Shown: piece after piece, positions 29,501 to 36,910 of the stretch
Layout of the letters: every line of letters starts with the position of its first letter
Position numbering within the stretch: position 1 is the first letter of the stretch
Source: Gammaproteobacteria bacterium
GTDB lineage: Bacteria > Pseudomonadota > Gammaproteobacteria > Eutrophobiales > Eutrophobiaceae
Direction of reading: 5' to 3'
DNA length: 64,000 nt
Assembly: GCA_965215365.1 (NCBI GenBank)
Contig: CBDCDS010000003.1
Span: 192,001-256,000, forward strand
Notes under the pieces: model-generated
What the model saw: the letters and a program-made list of their open reading frames with translations, nothing else
Told to the model about the DNA's origin: nothing
Database searches by the model: none
Translations under genes and position numbers: made by a program

Positions 29501-30501
29501 CGGGCTATCGCTCAGATACACAGCCCAGCACGCCGGGAGCCGGGGTATTTGACATAGAACCGACGGACATAAGTACCGGCGATATCGTGATGAATACCGA
29601 AATGCTGTCGACATCTACCTCGGACACGATGGGCAAGAACTTCAGTATGGCTATCGACATGGGCATGACGGATACAAGGCGGCGTCTTAAATATGTAATC
29701 GAAGGAGATACAGCCGTGAATATCACCCAGCATACAGATCTCAATCAGGCCGAAGCCATTTATACTCCGGGCGCCCAGTTCAAGGTAACCGGCATCAGCG
29801 GAACCCCTGAAGATCTCGGGCTGGTAGTTCGTGCAAAACAGATCAATACCTATGAGGAATGGGAACTGGGCGAGGGAAAGGAAGGCATAAAGATGAAGGA
29901 TCCGGCAACCGGGCGGCTCAGCCGGGCCGGAAAGTTTTTTGCGCCCAGGAATTATTTCCTGGGACATTGCGTTACAAGCGAAAAGCAAGAGGATTATGGG
30001 CCGTCACGCTGGCTCCGACCTTTCGACGCGCCAAACACGCCCAGAGGAATCCGGGACGCGATTCACGCGGCCTTCCTCAGAGAGGATGATCTGCTCAGGG
30101 CAGCCCCCGGTGATCGACTGGAACGGTCATATTTGGATTTGGCCACAGAAAACATTCACCATGAACACTACCGCAACCGCGCGGTCACGCGCGCCAGGGA
30201 GCAGGTACAGAAATATTTCCCCGAATTGATCTCGGGCAATGACATCCCCGATCTGACAGAATTGCAGGAGCGCCGGGAGGAAGATAGTGGACCCTCAGGT
30301 AGGGAATCGCCTCTGGCGAGCGCAGCACAGGCGGGTAGCGATGCAAGACGGTTAAGAGAAGCTGAGCTCGATCAGGCGCAGCGGGTATTTGAACACGAAA
30401 AGCACCGAGAGGCAGAAATACGAGACACACACGTCAAAGCGGGTACGCTTGCCACCTGGTTCGCCCACAATGATAACAATAGCGATAGGAGCTTGATGTA
30501 A
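26590..30501 (+). CDS. Fragment 2: hydrophobic segment + R-S-E type ADP-ribosyltransferase domain
   Basis: AISSYT...LR, VIRGV, GDIVMNTEMLSTS, NQAEAIYTPGAQFKV (about 29230-29850). Confidence 0.7.
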   Translation: MLSIEKFQSLINIPPAKPVAEILGEAQQNPATTFAYCLQENYKMNLYSRNIVMGLSQHAEFYEAKHGMLNAPVYRQVDVRAPALKPFTGAASPWWGDYEMNTYAVPETIRQNKRANLEAGEDVLDISIGYPKIQVVNYKAENKFIIYASEQVSATGLAPGRQQSAHFISGPILSVIEGVKSVQLLGPEYAPGAQTGFSGQAGRVGKRIAGSPFPDVRRMIESDKPVTLEVTCQDGSHHRVVIKNKKVMMHIDNREMGRNNAFYGNSKGAEVLNKGKVLQDFADVNTYSYNGTYTGVFSSPTGRREPQLVTDNQENLPLAPIITPAPGQWPEITEAYQRVIREITQLGQSTLFGRNILARVLLNPALNATTKTAMIMLSHQIASNFTRANISAFGTAVPVVASIGTPQFWAGIFALVVIQNLADKALRKVLAPLVPKELLSDDNFLTRHLTRVLGNCSIEFARLMINHSILFATGFKKHHIEIPVHLAQASTYAVIREARRQYGDRRSYPLTHAIFDLLQFTNDVAWRSLGNTLAYQQTAPSPPADTPDSNAVSPEVAGSGASGSGMIEPSTGEAMANSDPPLAGTGEAYLQALAQRTSVRVTDKLFFPTLAQLSDHIKPADGKGPVADQFKRIYRDKLPLSNKLSSASVWIDEKSYKYTPEMYKHLWFHAPSYGARMNRVWLLFRMHLKLAACCSRGNSLLTPQDRDIAALLDTYADASDEQKSEFMATRGKEVEALLERISYEKQVLDPQQQKFFQRYTQMLGVNTEPSRSGGTAGGTSAPVDSDPVLESSGEPLQPVNTPPASSRPSRPFDRGPALGPLYKESAFLEPDKRDGSVHKKDTTFSDRYQVNIMEMQSRMRAAASLEEDINTHFPGPEHSHFREELRRAISSYTVESGFFHLPLRYAHTGQPRWIEAVRGIKIPYTVLNTPNNVTDEFTEQVDPIGAMYINLALRDAAKFSFPVIRGVHTVAGYRSDTQPSTPGAGVFDIEPTDISTGDIVMNTEMLSTSTSDTMGKNFSMAIDMGMTDTRRRLKYVIEGDTAVNITQHTDLNQAEAIYTPGAQFKVTGISGTPEDLGLVVRAKQINTYEEWELGEGKEGIKMKDPATGRLSRAGKFFAPRNYFLGHCVTSEKQEDYGPSRWLRPFDAPNTPRGIRDAIHAAFLREDDLLRAAPGDRLERSYLDLATENIHHEHYRNRAVTRAREQVQKYFPELISGNDIPDLTELQERREEDSGPSGRESPLASAAQAGSDARRLREAELDQAQRVFEHEKHREAEIRDTHVKAGTLATWFAHNDNNSDRSLM

Positions 30502-30971
30502 ACTCGGCCATCTACGCAGAGAAAGAAAAGTTTCTCATCTGGCTTACCGCCAATGTATTGAGACGCGAGATCAACCTGATCGACCTGCAAGGCGATTCTA
30601 AATCCATTTATAGAGTCCAGCGAGCTTACGACGGTGTTAACCTGAGCGACACTCATAAAGGCACTGCACAAACCCCGTTCATCATCGGTGTCATCCATGA
30701 GGGTGAGAACAAGGGGTACTACGCAGTGGCTCCCGGTAGCGAGGGATTCTTGCAATGGCGCCGGGTTGCAGCTACCGGAGACGAATTAAGCACCGGTAAC
30801 CTGCTGCATGCCGTATTTATTTCCAGGCTTGCCAAGGCAGACGACTATTCGGTTTTATCGGGAAACAACACCATTACACCGCGCGCAGGCGCTACCAGAA
30901 CCGTAACCGAACTACTGGAGTTAACAAAACGGCTTTCCAGACTCAACTATTTACCTTTTCAAAGAGCAATG
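30489..30971 (+). pseudogene. Fragment 3: frameshifted continuation cut by IS66
   Basis: FLIWLTANVLRREINLIDL...GYYAVAP...NLLHAVF...YLPFQRAM aligns with the C-terminus of 33377-34993. Confidence 0.7.
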
Positions 30972-31024
30972 GTAACTACTCGCCCCCTCCCTCTAATTCT
31001 ACTGAATTTTTTGTCAAGGCGTCC

Positions 31025-31053
31025 TTGACAACATAGCGTCATGGCGTTATGTT
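31025..31053 (+). promoter_or_regulatory. Sigma70 promoter inside the IS left end
   Basis: TTGACA (31025-31030), 17-bp spacer, TATGTT (31048-31053); ATG follows 7 nt later; overlapped by two palindromes. Confidence 0.7.
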
Positions 31054-31060
31054 GGTCGTC

Positions 31061-31741
31061 ATGGGGAATGCGTACCGAGGGTCGAAAGCCACGACGGGTC
31101 TGTGCCAGCCGCTCATTGCGATGATGCCGCCGCACAGTGTGTACATTGAGACACACTTAGGCGGCGGGGCGATTATGCAGCGCAAGCCGGCGGCGTTGCG
31201 CAACATTGGGATTGATCTTGATGTGCGGGCGTTGGCGGGGTTTACGTGTGGGTATCCGGTGGAGTTGGTGCAGGGGTGTTGTCACCGCTGGTTGGCGACT
31301 TTTCCGTTTGACGGCACGGAGTTGGTGTACAGCGACCCGCCCTACCTGCACAGCACGCGCAAGTCACGGCACCGTTACCGGTATGACTACGAGGACTCAG
31401 ACCATGAGGCGCTGCTGGCGTTACTGCAGGGGCTGCCCTGTGCGGTGATGGTGTCGGGGTATCCTTCGGCCTTGTATGATGAGGTGCTGGCGGGCTGGCG
31501 CAGTGTGTCCTTGCAGGTGATGAATCAGGGCGGGGTGGTGACCGAGCGGGTCTGGTTCAATTTTGTGCCGGACCGGGTGCACTGGGTGCGCTATGCGGGG
31601 CGCAACTTCACGCACCGCCAGCAGGTCAAGCGCAAGGCTGAGAACTGGGGGCGGCGTTATCGTGACTTGCCCCCGGCCGAGCGGCTGGCGGTGCTGGCGG
31701 CGATGATGGCGGTGGAGGCACAGTGCACATGGCCACGGTGA
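31061..31741 (+). CDS. DNA adenine methyltransferase (compact Dam/D12-like), IS passenger gene
   Basis: Motif X YRGSK, motif I YIETHLGGGA, GIDLD, motif IV YSDPPY, VMVSGY, TERVWFNF. Confidence 0.85.
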   Translation: MGNAYRGSKATTGLCQPLIAMMPPHSVYIETHLGGGAIMQRKPAALRNIGIDLDVRALAGFTCGYPVELVQGCCHRWLATFPFDGTELVYSDPPYLHSTRKSRHRYRYDYEDSDHEALLALLQGLPCAVMVSGYPSALYDEVLAGWRSVSLQVMNQGGVVTERVWFNFVPDRVHWVRYAGRNFTHRQQVKRKAENWGRRYRDLPPAERLAVLAAMMAVEAQCTWPR

Positions 31742-33246
31742 ACAAGGCCTCATTGCGTGCGGAGTTCGAGGCCATCCGAATGCGTTTTAAGGCGTTGTGC
31801 GCCGACGGCGCGCTGAGTCCCGAAGGGCGTGCGCTGTTCGAGTCGATGTTGCTGCTATTCGAGTTGCTGCTGGCGGTGTTCTTAGAGAAGACCACACCGA
31901 AGGGGGCGCACAACTCCAGCCTGCCCAGTTCCCGCACCGACCCCGATGACAGTGCGCGCACACGGCCCGGCAAGCAGGGCAAGGGGCCGCAGACCGGGAC
32001 GGTGCCCAGCGCGTCCCGGCGCGTGGTGGCTCAGACCCGCACGGTGCCCGTGACCGGCTGCCGGGCCTGCGGGCATGATCTCAAAGGCACCGCCCCCACC
32101 GGCCATGTGCGACGAGTCAAGGTCGATATAGTCTTCGAGACGACCGAGTTGACCATTGACGCCGAGATAAAAACCTGTCCGCGCTGTGGCACTGAGACCC
32201 ACGGGGCGTTTCCCGATGACATGCCGGGGCCTTTACAATACGGCCCTGGCATCGTGGCTTTCGCCACGCACCTGTTAACGGCCCAAATGCTCTCGCTCAA
32301 ACGTACGGCGCAGACACTTCATGCACTGACCGGGCGCGCCGTCGCCGAGGCGACCTTACTGGCCTGGCTCACGCGGGTGCATGAGGCCCTGGCCGGGTGG
32401 GAGCGGGCGGCTATCGCCCGCCTGCTCACAGAGCCCGTGCTGCACGCCGATGAGACCTCCTTGCGCATCGACCGCACACAACACTGGCTGCACAGCACCA
32501 GTGCCGGGAACCTGGTACTGAAACACTGCCACCGCAAGCGGGGCGGGGACGCCCTCAAGGACATCGGCATCGTCCCCCGCTACGGCGGTGTTCTCGTGCA
32601 CGACCGCTGGGCCAGCTACTTCGCCTATGACAACTGCGAGCATGCCCTGTGCGGCAGTCACCTGTTGCGTAACTTGGCCTTTATCGAGGACGCCCACGGC
32701 CATGCCTGGGCCCAACGTATGAGCCGCCTCCTGCTCAAGACCTGCCGACAGGTGCGCACACATAAAAACAAGGCACTCAGCGAGACCGACTACCAGTCCC
32801 TGCGCACCCGCTACCGGACTATCCTGACACAAGCCAAACGGGAACTCCCCACACCCCCGAAACGGCTCACCGGCCAACGCGGACGGATTGCCCAATGTGA
32901 GGCACAAAACCTCCATGATGCCCTCGTCAAGTACGAAACCGAAGTCCTCCGCTTCGCCCGCGACCCCAACGTGCCGTTCACCAACAACCGCGCCGAACGC
33001 GATATCCGTATGGCTAAAGTCAAACAAAAAGTCTCCGGCTGCTTCCGAACCACCGCCTACGCCGACACCTACTGCCGCATCTCCAGCTACTTGCAGTCTA
33101 TGACCCTGAAGGGCTACAATCCCCTCGCCGCCATCGAGATAGCACTCAAGGGAGACGCCGCCACCATGGTGGAAAAACCGCTCAAAAATAAAACGGTTAA
33201 GAAAAACCAGATCAGAACAAGAGATCAGGGTAAGGGGGGCGAGTAG
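31729..33246 (+). CDS. IS66 family transposase
   Basis: NSSLPSS, zinc finger CRACG...CPRCG, LHADETS, VHDRWASY, CGSHLLRNL, FTNNRAERDIRMAKVKQKVSGCFR. Confidence 0.93.
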   Translation: MATVNKASLRAEFEAIRMRFKALCADGALSPEGRALFESMLLLFELLLAVFLEKTTPKGAHNSSLPSSRTDPDDSARTRPGKQGKGPQTGTVPSASRRVVAQTRTVPVTGCRACGHDLKGTAPTGHVRRVKVDIVFETTELTIDAEIKTCPRCGTETHGAFPDDMPGPLQYGPGIVAFATHLLTAQMLSLKRTAQTLHALTGRAVAEATLLAWLTRVHEALAGWERAAIARLLTEPVLHADETSLRIDRTQHWLHSTSAGNLVLKHCHRKRGGDALKDIGIVPRYGGVLVHDRWASYFAYDNCEHALCGSHLLRNLAFIEDAHGHAWAQRMSRLLLKTCRQVRTHKNKALSETDYQSLRTRYRTILTQAKRELPTPPKRLTGQRGRIAQCEAQNLHDALVKYETEVLRFARDPNVPFTNNRAERDIRMAKVKQKVSGCFRTTAYADTYCRISSYLQSMTLKGYNPLAAIEIALKGDAATMVEKPLKNKTVKKNQIRTRDQGKGGE

Positions 33247-33376
33247 TTACGAGCAATGATAAAAGAAAGCGATAAGCAGTTCAGGCCAACCCCAAGGCCC
33301 GGCGCAGCAGCAGTCCCAAGGCCGGAACAAGGGGCAACCATTTCGGCAGTCCATGAGGCAGACCGAATGAGTTTTC

Positions 33377-34993
33377 TTGCAGAAATCGTTTAACCGGCCT
33401 GCTACGATGAGTTCAAAACCTGATTCCAATCTGTTCAAATCGTTGCCCGAGTCGGCAGAGCTACAAGAAGATTTCAAGGAAATTTTTGTTGAATCCTTGT
33501 TCGACGAAAACAGTCTGCAAGCCGTTTATATGAATCTGGCTTTAGGTGAAGCGGGGGAAACATTACCGAACATTACAGGCAACCTCAACGTTTTGTCGGA
33601 TAATCTCATCGGCACCGACATCGACCTGTGGGCTGTTACCGCCGCATGGCCGACCTGGGAACTTAGCCCGGGTGACATGCTCACCAACACCAGGCTTTTT
33701 TCGACGCCAGCAGGTAGTGAGAAAGTGATACGCGGTGTGACAGCCAAAAATCCCCTGCGCGACGACCGAGGCAGCAACATATCCGTTTACGCCGCAGGAG
33801 CTGTGTTTCGGGTTGAGAGCGCCAGGAATGCTCCCGGTGACAGCGTGCAGCCCGGCTTTTACTTAAAACAAGTCAACACGTATCTTGAGTGGGAGTTAGG
33901 TGAAAACGGCGATGGCATCACCATGGATGTTGAGACCGGACACTTACTCATGAACAGTGAGTTCTTCAGCCCAAGGGACTATTTTTCCGGTATGCCAGTC
34001 AACCGACCGGAGGATGTGACGCTGGGTTCGGCGAGGTGGTATCGTCCATTTGATTCCCCAACCGCATCGAAACCTGTGCGCGACGCTATACATGATGCCA
34101 TCCTCGCAAACCACCCTGTCAATCCGGCCCTGAACAAGGCCACACAGAATATTCATCATGAATATTTTCGGCAGCAGGCAGTTACACAGGCACGCGCCGA
34201 TATACGAGAAATATTGCAAGCCGATTGGGAGAGTGACTGGAAACAACGACCGGGATCTGAATTGACCGGCAAGGAGTTGACAAAATTCAATCGAGCTGCA
34301 CTTATTCGCACCCATGAACAACACCGAGAGGCACTCATCGCCAGGACTAATCGTAAATCGCAACAGCTTGCCGACATAATTGCGGGGCTGCGGCCGCACC
34401 AGCATACTGAGGAGGGAACACGGCAGTTGGTAATCTGGCTGCTTGCAAATATTCTGCGGCGGGAAATCAGGTTGTTAGACCTCGCTGACAAGGGAGCCGA
34501 TGCGGCAACCGGCCCTGATTTAATTTACTCTGTATCAAAGGGTTATGATGGCACCGAGCTGGCTGCAGGCAGTCGCCATGGCGGCGCCTCGGCATCGGAA
34601 GATAATTTTGCCCAGACCTGTCCGCCACTGGTAATTGGCATGGTAGGCAGCAACCAGACGAACCAACGCGGGTATTACGCGGTTGCCCCCGACAACGACC
34701 GTCAAAAATTGATCTGGCGGCGGTTGATGGAGGACCAGGGGGGGCTCACTGTAAGTAACCTGCTGCACGCCGTGTTTGCCACTGAATACGCCGAGCAACA
34801 GGACTACATACTGCACAATGACGGGCTCTGTTTGTCAGCTACAGCCAGCAGCCGACGCGTGGTGACAGATTGGCTGTTCTTGTTGAAACATTTCTCAAGC
34901 CTGGACTACGAGCCGTTCCAGCGCGCGCTGGTGGCCCACAATCCGGGATTCGATCCCGGCTCGAATCCTGAGGCTGTATTGATACGTCCCTGA
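33377..34993 (+). CDS. Fragment 4: second copy of the module (degenerate ART-like + C-terminal domain)
   Basis: KQVNTYLEWELGE, FFSPRDYF, RPFD, IHHEYFR and LLANILRREI parallel fragments 2-3; STS and QxE motifs absent. Confidence 0.7.
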   Translation: MQKSFNRPATMSSKPDSNLFKSLPESAELQEDFKEIFVESLFDENSLQAVYMNLALGEAGETLPNITGNLNVLSDNLIGTDIDLWAVTAAWPTWELSPGDMLTNTRLFSTPAGSEKVIRGVTAKNPLRDDRGSNISVYAAGAVFRVESARNAPGDSVQPGFYLKQVNTYLEWELGENGDGITMDVETGHLLMNSEFFSPRDYFSGMPVNRPEDVTLGSARWYRPFDSPTASKPVRDAIHDAILANHPVNPALNKATQNIHHEYFRQQAVTQARADIREILQADWESDWKQRPGSELTGKELTKFNRAALIRTHEQHREALIARTNRKSQQLADIIAGLRPHQHTEEGTRQLVIWLLANILRREIRLLDLADKGADAATGPDLIYSVSKGYDGTELAAGSRHGGASASEDNFAQTCPPLVIGMVGSNQTNQRGYYAVAPDNDRQKLIWRRLMEDQGGLTVSNLLHAVFATEYAEQQDYILHNDGLCLSATASSRRVVTDWLFLLKHFSSLDYEPFQRALVAHNPGFDPGSNPEAVLIRP

Positions 34994-34997
34994 TATT

Positions 34998-35028
34998 AGG
35001 TCACCTCGTGTTTGTGAGAGGTGCCCTT
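34998..35028. terminator. Hairpin between convergent genes (possible terminator or IS-end relic)
   Basis: AGGTCACCTC-10nt-GAGGTGCCCT. Confidence 0.35.
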
Positions 35029-35674
35029 AACCGTAGATCAGTTTGCACACCTGTGCGCATTTTCCCAGGTCCAGCAGGCCGTCAGTGCGCACGCCGCTTT
35101 CCATGTCAATCCAGTAGTCTACGGCGGCGCGGAATTTCGATAGAGCTTCCCCGATAGTGGTTGGCGAGAGCCCGCCGGAAAAGCCACAGAAAGGATGACT
35201 GCGATGCACAACAGGCCATGCGGTTACCCGGGCGCCGGCGCCGAAGGACACATCGAACAGCCAGTCTGCACGGGTATCGGCAGGGAACTCCCCCTGGCAC
35301 TGCAACGCCAGCCGCAAACCCTGCCCGAGACAATAACTGTACGCGTTGGCGATCGCGGCCTCGCTACTGCCTTGCCTGCTGTGGTTGAGTTGCAGACGCG
35401 CAAAGCCGCGCAGGTCAACCTCCGGCCTGCCGCCATTGGCGATCGCCTGTGCCGGTTTACCGCAGACATGCGCGGCAAAACGCAGCGGTGATGAAAGCAG
35501 TTCTGTTCTCTCATTCTGCGCCGGGAATAAAATGTTATCTTCCTGTGCCGGATCCAACAGGATGCCCCACTCAATCGGGTACTCGGCGGAAAGCTCCATC
35601 ATACCGGGTATCAACTCGACCCGGTCAACACCGGTAAAAGTAACAAATACCGGCTTTTTTAAGGCGCGGCTCAT
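35027..35674 (-). CDS. TIM-barrel protein with TrpF (PRAI)-like C-terminus, function unknown
   Basis: LFDVSFGAG, GFSGGLSP, WIDMESGVRTDGLLDL resemble PRAI phosphate-binding motifs; N-terminus TFTGVD/IEWGIL is not TrpF-like. Confidence 0.6.
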   Translation of the reverse strand: MSRALKKPVFVTFTGVDRVELIPGMMELSAEYPIEWGILLDPAQEDNILFPAQNERTELLSSPLRFAAHVCGKPAQAIANGGRPEVDLRGFARLQLNHSRQGSSEAAIANAYSYCLGQGLRLALQCQGEFPADTRADWLFDVSFGAGARVTAWPVVHRSHPFCGFSGGLSPTTIGEALSKFRAAVDYWIDMESGVRTDGLLDLGKCAQVCKLIYG

Positions 35675-36822
35675 CGTAGAATCCTCCCCCCCCAAAGCTC
35701 TTTGAGAAAATCAACTGTCGGCATCACCCGGATATTATCCCAGAGTGCGGGGCGGTTGCCCAGGTAAATGCTGTAGCAGGTCGTTTTGTCCTTGCCTAAG
35801 GCTTCCCTGACCCGGTGCAGACCGCGGTTGAAGCGTTTGTCCCAGCGTGGGGAGGCTTTGATTTCAATGGCAACAAAACCGGTTGCGGTCTCACACAACA
35901 GGTCCACTTCCGTGCCGTCGTAGTTGCGCCAGAAGTGCAGCGGGTAATGCTTGCCCGTGTAACTCAGCCAAGCGCGTAGTTCGTTCAGGATGAAAGTTTC
36001 CAGTAATGGGCCTGCCTCTTCAGCTGTGGGTGGATAAGGCAGCCTGCCGCTTAACGCTCGGGCTACGCCGCAATCGAAGAAATAAAATTTGCTTTGTTGC
36101 ACCTGCCTGGTGGCCGATTTCAGTTTCCAGGCGGGCAGCCAGTGGCCCAGCAGCGTATCGGTAAGTATTTCAAAATGATTTTGGACGGTGCGGCGATTGA
36201 TGCCGGCATCGCGGGCTATGCCGGTCAGATTGGTTACCTGTGCATTCTGGCGTGCCGCGATTTCCAGAAAACGGGCGAACGCGCCGATGTTGCGGGTCAG
36301 CGCTTCGGCCTGCACTTCCTGGATCAGGTACGTTTCAACGTAGCTGCGCAGATATGCCTGTGGGTTATTGCCCGTCAGCACCAGCGGCAAGGTGCCATAC
36401 AGCAACATTCGTTGCGGCTCCAGATTGAAAGACAATTCGGCCGATACCAGAGGAAACAAGGTGGTTGTCAGCGCCCGCCCAGCCAGCAGGTTCACGTCAT
36501 GGCCGCGCCGCAGCTTGCGGGCGCTGGAGCCGGACAGGATAAAACGCAGCTGATGCAGCTCGATCAGGCGATGGACTTCATTTAACAGTTGCGGCGCTTT
36601 TTGTACTTCATCAATGATCACCCAGCTACCGGCAGGCAGGGATGCCAGCTCCCGGTATAACGTCTGCGGGTCTTTATTGAGACGTAACGCTTCGCCCGTA
36701 TCAAGCAGGTCGTAACAGACTGCTTGCGGGAAACGCGCGCGTATCCAAGTGGACTTGCCGGCGCCGCGTGGACCAAACAAAAATACGGACTGAGCCGGGT
36801 CTGGTAGTAATCTTGTGTACAT
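35671..36822 (-). CDS. AAA_14 ATPase with DUF4143 domain
   Basis: GPRGAGKST, IIDEVQK, SGSS, LAGR, KFYFFDCG, EVD...AIEIK. Confidence 0.88.
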   Translation of the reverse strand: MYTRLLPDPAQSVFLFGPRGAGKSTWIRARFPQAVCYDLLDTGEALRLNKDPQTLYRELASLPAGSWVIIDEVQKAPQLLNEVHRLIELHQLRFILSGSSARKLRRGHDVNLLAGRALTTTLFPLVSAELSFNLEPQRMLLYGTLPLVLTGNNPQAYLRSYVETYLIQEVQAEALTRNIGAFARFLEIAARQNAQVTNLTGIARDAGINRRTVQNHFEILTDTLLGHWLPAWKLKSATRQVQQSKFYFFDCGVARALSGRLPYPPTAEEAGPLLETFILNELRAWLSYTGKHYPLHFWRNYDGTEVDLLCETATGFVAIEIKASPRWDKRFNRGLHRVREALGKDKTTCYSIYLGNRPALWDNIRVMPTVDFLKELWGGRILR

Positions 36823-36910
36823 AGATCGCGATTTTACCGAAAAATCGCGATATAGCTACCAATTTTTACGATTTTCAGCCCGCCGCCTTCATGTTCTCCG
36901 CAACTGAAGT

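Larger units (their letters stand above)
30972..33250 (+). mobile_element. IS66-family (ISBst12-like) element, 2279 bp, carrying a DNA methyltransferase
   Basis: 16-bp perfect IRs GTAACTACTCGCCCCC (30972-30987; 33235-33250); 8-bp target duplication GAGCAATG (30964-30971; 33251-33258). Confidence 0.95.
25979..34993 (+). pseudogene. Fragmented giant effector-like gene with ADP-ribosyltransferase domain (about 2242 aa reconstructed)
   Basis: GTG start with AGGAG SD; frames join through shifts near 26472, 30489 and 33374 and across the IS66 empty site; internal duplication. Confidence 0.65.

Noticed and set aside
26470-30501. Programmed -1 frameshifting at the two AGGAG-containing junctions
   Set aside because: No slippery heptamer or downstream structure seen; simple single-base loss in a gene already broken by an IS is more economical.
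13016-34993. Functional link between the nucleotide scavenging locus and the adjacent ART gene (NAD/ADP-ribose recycling)
   Set aside because: Adjacency only; base composition differs and no shared operator was seen upstream of the ART gene.
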